Both the position numbers and the translations under genes were made by a program. A DNA stretch of 64,000 bases from Podarcis gaigeae (Eukaryota), in the NCBI GenBank assembly GCA_964106915.2, contig OZ066914.1. The stretch is one strand, 5' to 3'. The notes below the pieces were generated by a model. That model was not told the DNA's origin and made no database searches. It saw nothing but the letters and a program-made list of their open reading frames with translations. Shown in pieces: positions 1 to 12,704 of the stretch. Positions within the stretch are counted from its first letter, which is position 1. Each line of letters starts with the position of its first letter.

Positions 1-129
1 TCGTGAGTAACGCGTCAATAAATGCAGGCCCAAGATCCCCTTGGGCAATATTATACCCTCCCCTAAAATCTAAGATGATGAGGAAGCCGTTGAATATCTC
101 CTGCACTTAATTTGTTCTATTACCCCAAT

Positions 130-570
130 GAATCTTCAATATCAACTTTATTGGACTGGTCATGTTGTGCGGATGCCTGATTATCTATTCCGAACTTAAG
201 AATGGAAAGCGTAATTCTGGTGGTCAACAAAAGAGGTTTAAAGACTCTCTCAAGGCAAATCTAAAAAAATGTATAAACACAGACAACTGGAAAACACTGG
301 CCTGCAAGCGCTCCAGTTGGAGAACAGCCTTTACCAAAGGTATCATGGGTTTTGAAGACACTCCTCAGGACGAAAGGGAGAAACGCGCTAAGAGGAAGGC
401 ATGCTTGGCAAACCCTTACCGTGATCAACTCCTGCCCAGAAACCTATGTCCCCACTGTGGAAGGACTTGTGGATCCAGAATTGGTCTCCACAGTCACTTA
501 CGGACTCGCTGTTAAAACTGTGTTCATGGAAGACAATCTTACTCATCTGCAAATGATTGCCAAAGAAGCA
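130..570 (+). mobile_element. RTE-clade LINE 3' fragment
   Basis: W-GHVVRM, GGQQKRFKDSLKANLKKC and a terminal C2H2 (CPHCGRTCGSRIGLHSHLR). The 3' end recurs at 27499-27621. Confidence 0.85.
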
Positions 571-1383
571 GGAGCAGCAGCAGCACATATTTTGTTCTGT
601 TACGCCCCACCCAAATGTGCAGAATAAATTCTTCTGTTTCCTATTGAAGGCACGGGTCAACTAGTCAAATAACCAGAAGTCAGAATTTTTACATGCAAAT
701 AACAAGAGATCAATAATGGGTACATTTGTCTTGGCTGCTGCAAAATAAATCTGGGTAATTCTGCTGTTTATTTGATACTATCTTGTGCTCTGCTTAGGAT
801 TGTTTCATTACTCCATGTTATTTTTATGGTTTCAGCTAATTTTTATTTTTAGCATTACTGGCTGAAACAAATAAATTCTGAATACTCTGAAATAGATGCA
901 GTTATATGGTGAATTGTGCTGTATGACTAATCAGCTTTACTTCACTTTATTCTGAACAAGGCTGAGAGCTGTCTTCTTTAACCAACTGCTACCATAACAT
1001 CGTAGGCACTTAGAAGAGAGAAGTGTTGAAATATTATATGGAGTGCATTAGGAAAAGGAAGCTTACCTATACAGTATTTTGACAAAGAAAACAACTGTTT
1101 TCCTTGCACAGTGTGACTAAGTGACACTTATAGAGCTGCTTTTTCCTTTTCTTTTTTGCAGGGTGGGGAACGAGTTTGCAGTTGCTTATTACAAAGAAAG
1201 TAGCAAAATAGCTCTCACATCAGACATTGAATGTTCTTGCAATGGAATGTGACACATGCTTCAAAGGCAGCTGACACATTAGGCTACTCTTTTCAAAGAG
1301 GGAAACAGCCACACATTGCAAACTTTCATTTTCTGGGAGAAGGAAAAAAACATGGAAAAAGGGATCAGAGGGAATATTTAGGG

Positions 1384-1708
1384 CATGGGTAGGCAAACTA
1401 AGACCGGGGGCCAGATGCGGCCCAATTGCCTTCACAATCTGGCCCGCAGACGGTCTGGGAATCAGCGTGTTTTTACACGAGTAGAATGTACCCTTTTATT
1501 TAAAATGCAACTCTGAGTTATTTGTGGTGCCTGCCTGGTGTTTTTACATGAGCAGAATGTGTGCTTTTATTTAAAATGTATCTCCGGGTTATTTATGGGG
1601 CATAGAAATTTGTTCCTTTTTTCTTTCCCCCCTCCAAAATATAGTCCGGTTCCCCACAAGGTCTGAGGGACAGTGCAGCCGCCTGCTGAAAAAGGTTGCT
1701 GACCCCTG
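1384..1708. mobile_element. hAT (Charlie-like) MITE
   Basis: TIRs catgggtaggcaaact and aggttgctgacccctg. 8-bp TSD atttaggg/ctttaggg. Internal direct repeat of about 70 bp. Confidence 0.8.
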
Positions 1709-1909
1709 CTTTAGGGAATAGAAATAACTGAGCAATGAAAAAGGAACCAACCTCTTCCCTAAGATGATTGATCAAATTGTCCTTTTTGGCTGAACTTTTG
1801 GGGTTGCCACTCTCTTTGGGCTCACAGGCACAAACCGGAGAAACTGTGTTGTCATTATTAATCATGACAGATAGCCAAGGTTTGCTCTTTCCCTCATGTC
1901 CCTCCTTAC

Positions 1910-2078
1910 CTGCTGAGCTGGTCTTGAAGTAAATCCAGCCTCTGTTCCACTTCTCCATAGTTGATCTCACTCTCTGTTTCAGAGATGCCCCACGTGACAT
2001 GGGGCAATGCGGACTGGCTGGATGATTCCTGGTGGCTCCTGCTGTGATCCTCCTCCCATATTCTTCTGTCGGTGATAT
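1910..2078 (-). CDS. KCNH7: KCNH7 coding exon (start of C-terminal coiled coil)
   Basis: Read manually: DITDRRIWEEDHSRSHQESSSQSALPHVTWGISETESEINYGEVEQRLDLLQDQLSR. Acceptor ttggcag|AT, donor CAG|gtaagg, 169 bp, phase 1/2. The true frame differs from the listed ORF 1593..2000. Confidence 0.93.
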
Positions 2079-4105
2079 CTGCCAAAATATAAGAGTGGAG
2101 GTTGTTATTTAAACAAAGCTACAAAATATGGGAGTAGGCTATGCTAGAGAATGTCCACAAAAGTTATTTTTCCTTTGTCTTCATGATGATGCTCGCACTG
2201 TGCTTTAGCCTCAAGTATGAGTAGAAGCATTTATAAAGTGGACTGGTGTGGCCACAGGTTCTGTCATACTGGCTCAGTTATGAGGCTGGATGAAAGGAAC
2301 TTTCAGATACAATTTAGAGCATGGAATGTTTTGGCAAATTATGTCCCGAATATGCTGCCCCTAGAAGTGTATTCAACTAAGTTTCACTCAGAACAGACCA
2401 GGTGACATTAATGGACCTTACTCAGTCATGTTAATTAATTTCAATCTGTGTAATACTTAGTCGAATGCCAGACTAGGCCTTGGTCAAATTGGCTCCAGCC
2501 TCTTGTGGTAGAAGTAAGGGGAAGGACCTTGAAGAACTTTGTAAAAGCCTTGCTCTAAGCAATGCCATGATTTTGCTGGCTAGCTTGTGCGTCATACTTC
2601 CAGGGATACATGGAAAGAAAGCAGTCTCATACCTGTAACTCAAAATATAATAAATGCCCAACCCACATTTTAATGGGGTGAAAAACAATGGGAAAACTAC
2701 TTCATTCATTTGAGGATGGAAATGCAAACAATACAATACATTATTTACATTCCTCCAAGAGCTGATTTGTAAAAGACCATCGTTTTTACATGTAAATAAT
2801 GTCTAAAAATCTTTTTTCTTCCCACAAAGAAAATATATGGGCTGTAATTCTGGGAAACATCACAATCACTGCACAGTGGGGCAAATGTTTGTGGAATGCC
2901 TAAACAAAAATTTTGGATAGCTCAGTGGTTAATGCAGGAGACTCTTAATCTTAGGGTTGCTGGTTCAAGTCCCACACTGGGCAAAAGATTCCTGAACTGC
3001 AGAGGGTTGGACTGAATGACCCATGTGGTCCCTTCCGACTCTACAATTGTACGGTTCCATGTTAGGTAGGTTTAACTCACTGCCAGGCAACTAAAGCAGG
3101 TGTGATTAAATTGTGGCCACCCAGCAGTTCCTAGACAGTTGTCCAAGTATTCCCAGCCACTGGCAATGCTGGATGGGGCTGATGGGAATTGGAGACTAGC
3201 AGCCTTTGCAGGGCTGTAAGTGCCCCACTCCTGAACTAGACTAAGGTTTAAATGATTCCATGCTTGGCAATAGAGAATGATGGTGAACCGCAGTCCTGGG
3301 AGCCAAATGAACCTCAGCATCCTCTCTATTTGTCTCCCAGCCACGCTTCCTCTCACCAGGCCATATTCCTCAACACCCCAGCTTCATGTTCTCTTTGAGT
3401 CTTTTTGCCTCTCCTTGAACTCTGTTAAGATCTTTTGCTTCTCTGGGTGGAGAGTAGGGAGGGGTATGTGAGAATATACAGCTAGCCTACGATACAGAGG
3501 TAAAATCAGCAAATTAATAAACAACCACACATTTGCAGCCATATATTTATAGGTGTTGCAGAAAACAGTGTTTTGAATTAATTCAATTAAGAATGGCAAT
3601 GAAAACAAGCACAGATGACTGGACCAAACACCATTAACCACAAGAACCACCCCCAACCCACCCCCCGATCAAAGATGATTTGTTCTTAATAACACAACTG
3701 AGAGCCCCAGCAAAGGAACAAAGGAAAATTATATTGGTTTGTGTTTGGTCACAATAAAAACACACACCTCTTAAACTTGCTAAATTTAGCCCAGAGTACA
3801 GTTTGCACTAGGTTGCCTTGGAAAATGTTGCTATAGCTGCAAAAACACTTTTGTGGCCGCCAAAAGAAAAAGAAAAAAGGTGAGCTTCCCAACTGCAAAT
3901 GTAGGAATCTCGACATTTTGAAAGAACCTGAGGGGGTTCAGCTAGCATTCTGGACTGTAAAAAAAGAAAGACGTGTTTGCTGGATTGTCTGGTCGTGCGA
4001 AATGACTCAGGAATTCTTCTTTTGAATAGGTGCTTATCCACGTATCACACCCATCAGTTGCTTTAAAAAGAAAATAAGATGCAAGATTTCTTATTTTTGT
4101 GCCAC

Positions 4106-4106
4106 T

Positions 4107-4170
<64 letters not shown>
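4106..4170. repeat. (TTTC)n microsatellite
   Basis: Directly visible. Confidence 0.95.
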
Positions 4171-4348
4171 ATTCCCCTTAAGGTTGTGTCAGCTAGTCTG
4201 AAAGCTGTTTGCAATCCAGTCTTGTTAATTTTAACACTCCTCTGGCTTTCCTACACTTTCCCCCTCCTCTGGCTCTCTCTCCCACCCCCACCCCCACCAG
4301 TACATTTGTACTGAGTTGTAAGGTTAGTGGCATTGTAGTGTTATGAGA

Positions 4349-4619
4349 GAAGAAGAAGAAGAAGAGGAGGAGGAGGAGGAGGAGGAGTTTGGATTTTATA
4401 TCCTGCTTTATCACTATCCGAAGGAGTCTCAAAGCGGCTAACATTCTCCTTTCCCTTCCTCCCCCACAACAAACACTCTGTGAGGTGAGTGGGGCTGAGA
4501 GACTCCAGAGAAGTGTGACTGGCCCAAGGTCACCCAGAAGCTGCATGCGGAGGAGCGGAGATGCGAACCTGGTTCACCAGATTACGAGTCCCCCACTCTT
4601 AACCACTACGCCACACTGG
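4349..4619 (-). mobile_element. tRNA-derived SINE (Squam3-like) with (CTC)n(CTT)n tail
   Basis: Reverse complement is highly similar to 55035-55289. Confidence 0.85.
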
Positions 4620-5378
4620 GGTGGGGAGCGAGAAAGAGAGTCTTCTCTGTAGTGGTTTCCTGAGTGTGAAATGCTCTCTCCATGGAAGCCTGCCAGGCAC
4701 CAATATTACAACCTTTTTGATGAGTTTTAGTGTATAGTTAGTTTACTTGTATGCATTTTATATTTCTGTTTATTGGATGTAATTTGCCTTAGGAGTTCCT
4801 TGTGTGTGGCTAATAATAACAACTGATGGTGGTGATGATGATGACAACAACGACAATGATGATGATGATAGCAGCTCAGTATGTCCTACATCAACTAACA
4901 GTTGCTTTCAAGGGTTTCATACAGAATTCATTTCCTAGCCCTATCTGGAGATACCAGGGGACTGAAGCTGGGCATTTTATAACCAAATTATGGGCTCTAC
5001 CACTGAACTATCCCTGATGCTAGGAATCTGAGATTTGCAGTTTTCTCAGCAAACAGGGTCCCTCCCCCCACAAGTTAGACGGAACACTATTAAGGTACAA
5101 AGAAACGTTAGTGGCACAATAAAACCAAAAATTACAGGAGGATTGGTAGTAAACCTATGTAGAAGCAAAGACCCTGCAAATCAATCGTGCCTTTTGAAGG
5201 GAATAATTGCTTACAACAGCCCATGCTTGATGGGATTAACTAGCAGAATGTTATGAATTTGAGCATAAGGAAAGAATTTAAATAAATGTTTCATTGCAAG
5301 GTTAAAAAGCATGTTGCTGTATAATTTGCCATGGACTATTAATTCTGAATATGTTTTTAAAACACTTGCATGGATTAC

Positions 5379-5630
5379 CTTTACAAGAATGACTCCTTTT
5401 GTTAGTTTGAATTCTTTCTGTTGCATGCATCATCTCCTCAAAACCCAGCACCGCAGTCTTTCCCAGGACAGATGGGTAGCCTATGATCCCAGAAAACAAC
5501 GGTTTCTGCTCATCATCAATGGATGACACAAAAGATGATGATCTGCTTCTCTTCTCCCCAAAATGCTTCTTGGTGACCTGATAATGTCTGGTGTTATCCA
5601 CAGAACCTTCATTGTCTTTGTCATAGTCTG
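5379..5630 (-). CDS. KCNH7: KCNH7 coding exon (distal C-terminus); tandem acceptor allows a start at 5630 or 5627
   Basis: (A)DYDKDNEGSVDNTRHYQVTKKHFGEKRSRSSSFVSSIDDEQKPLFSGI...KRSHSCK. Acceptor tttttttagcag, donor AAG|gtaatc, phase 1/1. Confidence 0.92.
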
Positions 5631-6769
5631 CTAAAAAAAGAAACCATTATAGTAAATGATATGAAATTTAGCCTTGTCCTTGGGGTAGCAGGGGGAAAGT
5701 TTTTATACCATTTAGCAAGTTTGTTCTCTGCTAGAGATAATGGTTCTTTATGTCTTGTTACAGATAGGGGCTAGCGATTTAAAATGCATTTCCTTCAGCA
5801 GATCGTGCGATTCATTTCTCTGTTGGTCCCAAGTGGCTTACAAAAGCCAAACAAAACCAGTGTGTGCAAATAAATAAATCAAATGGGGACAAAAAGAAAA
5901 TATGTTCTCACCAAAGACTCCTGATCTTTCCCTTTTCTCTCCTTTTCATGTATTTCAAACTGAAATGTCAAGACGTTTCTAGCACAAAAGATTGATTAAG
6001 AGTACTGTATGGTTTACCATAAGAGTCTCTAAACTAGTTTGCCGTAATATTCTGGAGAGATTTCTTCATCTGCTTTCCATTCATGATTACTAAACTTAAT
6101 TCTGCTATGTGTAATCTTTATACTGCGGAGTCTAGGCAGCCCCAGTGCTGATTTTGTAATCTGATCTCTATACCTGTTTAAGTAAGCTCTGAATGCAGCA
6201 GGACTTAATCTTGAGTAAATGTGCATAGGTTGTTAATGCTAACTTAACCATAGCTATTCTATAAACCCACAACTTTGGCCTTAAGAGCTCATTACGCTCT
6301 TTGCTAACATGCCTAGCATCTAGACCCAATTTCTAGATTTTGTGATTCCTCATAGGCAGTGACTGACCTACATTTTGGGGGCCCTGAATCTTGAACTGAT
6401 ATCGGATCCCCTTCTCAATCAGCAACAAGGTCTTTATAACCACTGTTATCTTCTTCAGTGGGGTTGTTCCACGACAGATCACCACAATTTTCTTTAATAA
6501 TGAGTTACAACATCTCAGATTTTGATTTAAATTGCTGTGCTGGATTATATCACATGTCAAAGTCACTGGTGTGAATTAAAATAAATAAATCCTGTGCCTT
6601 ATAGTTTCTGAGTTATGGGGTAGGGGAATGAAAGTTAGGGAAATTAGGGAAATATTATATACATGCATGATGCATTTTTAAAAACAAATATTTAAAGCAA
6701 TGTGGACTAATGTTGCTTCTGGGCCCCTCCAGGATTAGGGGCCCTAAAGTTTAAGTTCCATTGGTTTCA

Positions 6770-7045
6770 TAATAATAATATTATTATTTATACCCCACTC
6801 ATCTGACTTGGTTTCCCCAGCCACTCTGGGTGGCTTACGGCACATATAAAAACATAGTAAAATGTCAAACATTAAAAACTTCCCAATATAGGGCTGCCTT
6901 CAGACATCTTCTAAAAGTTGTGTAGTTCTTTATCTCCTTGACATCTGATGGGAGGGCGCTGCACAGGGTGGGCGCCACCGCCGAGAAGGCCCTCTGCCTG
7001 GTTCCCTGTAACTTCACTTCTCACAGTGAGGGATCCACCAGAAGA
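6770..7045 (-). mobile_element. L2 LINE 3' fragment (related tails at about 39485-39630 plus and 50161-50270 minus)
   Basis: The tttataccc..catctg.ct.ggtttccccagccactctggg terminus is shared by three copies. Upstream is an AFSAVAPTL-like frame. Confidence 0.75.
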
Positions 7046-9332
7046 CCCCCGGAGGATCCGCCCCTGCTCACTGGGTAGCGATTCAAACTGACCTCCCCAG
7101 ACGTTTTCCTCCAAAACCTCTTAGAAAGCATGGGTGACTAAAACTGGGCCCTATTCTAGATGCAGCACCACAAGCAACAATCCTTGCTCTGGCAACCATC
7201 TACCTTGCGGGCTCCCCATGTTCCCCTGCAAGAACAGGATGGTGGACTACATGGGTCAATGGTCCAGTGCAGAAGGCTCTTCTTATGCTCTTAAGGATGC
7301 CAATGCACCCTGGAAAATTCTTCCAGATAAAGCAGGAGAGGGGAACCTCAGACCCAGGGTCAAATGTGACCCTGCAAGCCTCTCTATGTGGCCCTTGGGG
7401 CTCTCTCCAGGCCACACCCCCTCCCCAGCATACCCTATTTCCACAGGTCATTCCCCTCAACGGCCTTGCTCCACATCTTCCTTCAGTGTTTTCGCCTAGC
7501 TGGAATGTGTCCTTGAACTCTGATATTGCCTGTTGCTTGCCTGGATGTAGGATCAAGAGAGACTGTGTGTACAAACCAGTCTTCTGTACAAAGGCAAAAC
7601 TGATATTAATTGTTCCACCTATTTTTGCCTCTGGACCTGCACACCACTGGCATGTGTGAAAAAGGTCCCCAACCCATGCCTTGTAGCTTGTTGTTATCTA
7701 CCAGTCTGCCAACAGCTCATTCCTGTTTCTCTCCTCCAGACCATTCTGGGTTTCCAAGCAGATCCCAAAGATGCTGCTGAGTCCCTTCAGCAAAACGTTT
7801 GGGAATTACTGAATTAAGCACAAGCAGGAGATGCCATGGAAGAGGCAAAGCTGTAGCACAAGGAACTGGATCTGAAATCATTTCTGTGTCGCGTTGGAAG
7901 CCTGATGTTTGATCAAGGCATTTGATCAAACTTGCTTTTAATGCAGAACAAAGATTTCTCACAGAGCAGAACTGCATCATTGAATTAATTGTTCTGCTTC
8001 TGGCAAATTAGTGGCCGAGGTACTAGAGATTAGGGTTAAAAAACTGTGCGGATATTGTCTAAATAGTATACAAAGCTACTGCAGAAAGAAGTTGCTATAG
8101 TAACAACTTGATCAGGCGAACGTGGAGTAGGGGGTGAAATAAGTACCGACTCGTGTTTAGCCGTTCACCTAACATCTGTATCCCGATAAGTGTTAGGAGG
8201 GAAAATAGAGATATCAAAGATGCTCTACTCAGCAGCAGCTGGAACAAAACTACTAGCAGTAAAAACAAACAAACCAATTTCTCTTGCAGCATGGAGCTCA
8301 AAGTGACGGAGGGTTATCTCAGAACCTTATTGTAATTAATCAGTGTGAAAAAGGATCCCAGTTTTCCAGGTATGGCTGGAAACGACTCGTGTCTGATGCT
8401 GTGGAAATAATATACATGCTTCCTCTTGTCCCAATGCTTCCCCCATGGGAAAACCACTCTACAGCACTCAATTGGAGCAAATGGCAATTCTGGTTTTCTC
8501 CAGATTGACGTTTGCTCTGATTGAGCACTAAAGAGCAGGTTTCCCTGGGAAAGGACTGGCGCAAGAGGAAAACTGCTCGGACCCAAGCGGAAGTGTGAGC
8601 AAGCCTGAGATACATAGACCAAATGTATGACGAGGTGTAAGGCAACTTCCTGTACTTCCCTAAAAACAGCAGGGAGTTTGAAAGCCATGGAAAAGGCCTT
8701 TCTGTGCATCACCACATGATGTATCTGTCCTATGGGCAGGATGCTAAGAAGAGCCCTAACCTGGCAGACTTCAACTCTTGTAGCAGGACTATTCTAAATA
8801 CTTTTAGGTGCCAAAACATTTTTATTCCCCCTGGTATTTAAATAAATACTGTTATTTCAACTGAACGAGCTTTAGGGCATTTCCACCTAGTTGCTACTTG
8901 GGGGTTGGATTCAATGGCATACGGGCAAACTCAGCTTGTGCTATCATAGCTAATTGGGAGGTCTTGTGCAACAAACATGCTTCCTCGAAATTTTGCTATA
9001 AGGTAAGCGACAGGGAAATGCACTGCAAAGTGTGGAATTAACACCTGCTTTGGTGCAACATCATTCTAACCAGTCTACTCATCAAAAAGCCATCTTTGTC
9101 TAATTTCCCTGCAAACAAAATCAGAATGAATGCTCAGTAATCAGGTTATCTGGAAGAACCCTTAGTCTGTGTAAAGGTTGATCTGCTTTTTTTCATGAAA
9201 GTCATTCATCAGCCACCCTGAAGCAGCAGCTCAAAATTTCATAGTGGGCAGTGGCTAAAAGGTTACATTTCCCCTTCAGGTGGCAAAATATGTTTTCTCT
9301 TATGGAATGTGAAGGTCATTTAGGCAGGTTAC

Positions 9333-9368
<36 letters not shown>

Positions 9369-9566
9369 AGCAGCTTAAATATTTCATGGGGGTATTGCCT
9401 TGACAGATTTGTTGTCATTCTTGGTTTTGTGCTTAAGAAATGCCTCTTTGACAGAAAGGTAATGCCATTCTGCGAAACAGTAAGACACCAAGCTAAGATT
9501 TCTTTCTCTAGGGCACAGAATCACTCTATAAAACTTTGAAGAGATGACTTATAAAACACAAACAGT

Positions 9567-9704
9567 CAGGGCTTTTCCCCCCAGCCAGAACTCACAGGAA
9601 CTCCGTTCTGGCACCTCTCAGGTGAGCGCCATTGTCAATATAAGAGAACAAGGGAGACGTTCATGGTGAGTTTTGGCACCTCTTGTTTTAGAACAATAGC
9701 ACTG
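9567..9704 (+). mobile_element. Short dispersed MITE-like repeat (other copies at about 34837-34973, 54605-54716 and 61054-61180)
   Basis: cagggctttt...aatagcactg termini. Shared core gaactcac..gaactc..ttc.ggcacctc in four copies. Confidence 0.65.
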
Positions 9705-9873
9705 CCAACAATTCACCTGTTTCTCAAATTATTCTGTTTAGATTAGAACCAGGATGCAACCATAGTAAATGGAGATTTAAAAGCCATAAGGTTGGAACCA
9801 GACTTCATATGAACAGAGTTCCTCTAATAGAGGAAGGGGGGGATGAAGAAGAGTTTGGCCCAGTTCCTATGAG

Positions 9874-9876
<3 letters not shown>

Positions 9877-9919
<43 letters not shown>
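9877..9919. repeat. (GT)n microsatellite (other simple tracts at about 9336-9365, 12657-12700, 17929-17974, 25732-25760, 39595-39631, 45270-45338 and 63849-63909)
   Basis: Directly visible simple repeats. Confidence 0.93.
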
Positions 9920-9922
<3 letters not shown>

Positions 9923-11179
9923 TAGCAATTTTTTGGATAGAAGTAGAGATTGGAAATGGTTAATTCAGAAGAAAAGTTCCTAAAATAACTATGTCTGAAA
10001 AGGCGTTTTGTTTGCTCTCTTAAAGACCGCTCTTGGAGAAAGCAGGCGATGCAGTCCCGTGCCTGCTAGAGGCACAACAACACACTGCCTCAAGCTTCTT
10101 TACATCCCTTCCAGCCGCACTTGAGGTGCAAAGCTCTGGCAGTCATCATGGTTTCTTGCAGGCATAAGGATGCATTTGGACTTTTGAAACTGCCCGATCA
10201 AATTCTTGCTGCCCCTAGGATGCTACTATAGGTCCTGCAATACTGTTGTCTGCCTACTCCTTGCTATTCAAACCTAGATTAGTAGCTATAAGCTGCTAGC
10301 CTAGAACAGTTTCCCTAGGCCTCTTCCAGAACTCTGCAGGTTCACAAAGTGTCTGTAACAGCTAAGGGCTGAGCAGCAAAGGGTTAAGTGATGCTTATGG
10401 GTAAGCAGCTGAGGGTGATATGTTAGTCATGCCCAGAGGAGACCCAGTGATTTCAATAGCTGCGCTCTGAATATGATCTAGTTGGATATCACTCTGAGTG
10501 TTTAGGGCAGGGTTGAAAAAAAATTCTTTCAGCCAGAAGGCCACATCAATAGCAGGCATGGGGCCCCCCCTCAAATTTCAGTAGCACCCTATACAACACC
10601 AATATTCAGCACCCCCTGCCTCCCACCTTTCATTCTACATCGTACTTGCAGCGCCCCCTGTGGCACATCCAAGGCTCCCTAAATCTGCCTCTGGCTACAT
10701 CCTCTCATAGGCATCTCAGTGATGGGCAGGGCCAGATATGACTCTTAGCTTTCAACACTAGGCTACGTTTAAGTCACACAAAAATCAGAGGTGCCTGCAC
10801 ACCAGGGATGGGTGAATCTTTCAGTGTTGCTTTCTCTTAGTTCCCAGTCCGCCCCCCCCCCCCAATCTTAAGCCCAGCTCTCCTCATTTCCACATCAGTT
10901 TGCGATATGTATTAAAAGGAACTCCTCATGAACATTCACCAGCATTTTAATGCAAATTTCTCATCACATACAATTTTTTGTATGCAATTTTGTCTAATAC
11001 ACACTCTTTTTTTTGCAAAGCAATAGCATAAATATTTTGCGTGCTATTTTCAATGATATATGTGATTTAACACATACTTTACCCTAGTATATGCATTTTT
11101 CTACACACTACTTGGCTAGAGAACTGCATTGCAAGATTCAGAGATGTGCAAATGTTGAAGGATGTCTGTGTTTTGGTTC

Positions 11180-11770
11180 ACTTAGTGTCTTATCCTCAGT
11201 ATGAGATTTACTACAATCATCTGCATATATCAGGGTTGCTGTTTTACGGTTCCCAATTGAAGAGGGAAAGTGATCAGGGTGGTTTAGCTCTGTTACAATG
11301 TTGTTAATATAAAGACTGAAAAGGAGGGGAGTTAGCAGACAACTTGGTCTGACATCTTTGTTCTGATACCCTTTGTCATTCTTCCATCTGTGCTGATCCT
11401 TATCCTCATAGTAGTATTAGTATGTAACTCCTGTATTAGGAGTAGCAGCCTTTTATCAATGTTAGTCCTTGCCAGTTTACCCCACAGTAATTTCCTATTA
11501 ATTGTTTCAAATGCTGAGGAAAAGTCAATAAAAGTGGCAAAAAACTGTCTGGGTGAACCACTGGTGTATTTATGCATTAGACAGTGTAATACAAAGATTT
11601 GATCAACTGTACTATGGCCCTTCCCAAACCCAGCTTGTTCCTTGTACAATATATTATTTTCTTTCACCCAGCTTGTTAATTTCAGGAGAAGGCAGAAGCT
11701 GTAAATCTCAGAACTTATATCCAATAGGCTAACAGGCTGATAATTCTGGGGGCTGGCATGAGATTTATTA
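11180..11770 (-). mobile_element. Decayed LINE reverse-transcriptase fragment (RTE/RTE-X-like)
   Basis: NYQPVSLL, EQAGF, FIDFSSAFETINR, then after a frameshift CLLTPLLFSLYINN...LIYADD. Confidence 0.85.
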
Positions 11771-12385
11771 CACACCCTTCACACCCAGAATGTTCTAGGG
11801 TGGGTTACAGCAATAAAAATGAATCATTAAAAACATGTTTAAAACAAATTGCAATCACAACTGGAAATCACAATTAGGCTGGTTCACTTTGAAATATAAA
11901 CAGAGTTGAATTTCTCCTCTATTGCTACTACACACACACACATCTGTCCATTCAGAAACAGCCATTATCACAGTTCAATGACATACTCCAAGCAGGAAGA
12001 GGCACCTGAGAAGGATGCTTGAGGAAGATGGAGGCCCTCTTGGGCCTTGGGAGTGACATGGCTTGAGGAGAGTTCCAGGGGCCAGATGGAGTGGTTCAGA
12101 GGGCCACATTCAGCCCCAGAACCTAAGGTTCCACACCATCCTGGTAGGGTAAACTAAGAAGATCTTCACATCTGAATTCTAAGGTCAACCAGCAATTTTG
12201 GTCACATTAAATCATGCCAGCATCTCCATGAACTTTGAACAGTGCCACACTTAAATTAGACATGTTTAATTTGCCACCTTCATGATAATGGTCCCTCACC
12301 TGGGCCTGCTCTGAGTATGATTTAGTTGACAACAGCCCTCTGCGATCATGTTTTCAAGAACATCATTGTAGAGAAAATCAATTAC

Positions 12386-12485
12386 CTTTATCAATTTCAC
12401 TTTCAAAAGAGAATTTCCTTCTTCGGAGTTTGCCGTTGTCACCATCTGAATCATTAGTTGTTTGTGGCCTTATTGCGAGTTCAGC
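12386..12485 (-). CDS. KCNH7: KCNH7 coding exon (distal C-terminus with RRRKFS motif); absent from the ORF track
   Basis: Read manually: AELAIRPQTTNDSDGDNGKLRRRKFSFESEIDK, resembling the ERG3 segment NDSEGDNCKLRRRKLSFES as recalled. Acceptor tctag|GCT, donor AAG|gtaatt, 100 bp. Phase 0/1 fits both neighbouring exons. Confidence 0.92.
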
Positions 12486-12655
12486 CTAGATACGTGAGAT
12501 ATGATAGATTATATTCATTTCAAAGGTTGTTGTTTTGTTTTTAAAGAAAGAAAAATAAATTGTTTTCTGGGTGGAGCTCATAATATGAATTATGTGTATG
12601 GGTGGTTTTGAAAAGGATACAGATTTTAAAAGAAGGCTTTAAAAGAAGAAAGTTA

Positions 12656-12704
<49 letters not shown>

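Noticed and set aside
1593-2000. 135-aa ORF
   Set aside because: A wrong-frame overlap of the KCNH7 exon 1910-2078 that runs into intron and a MITE.
7100-7660. Possible solo LTR or DIRS-like remnant (similar impressions at about 37780-38000 and 46160-46600)
   Set aside because: No clear termini, TSD, PBS or coding motif could be established without a library search.
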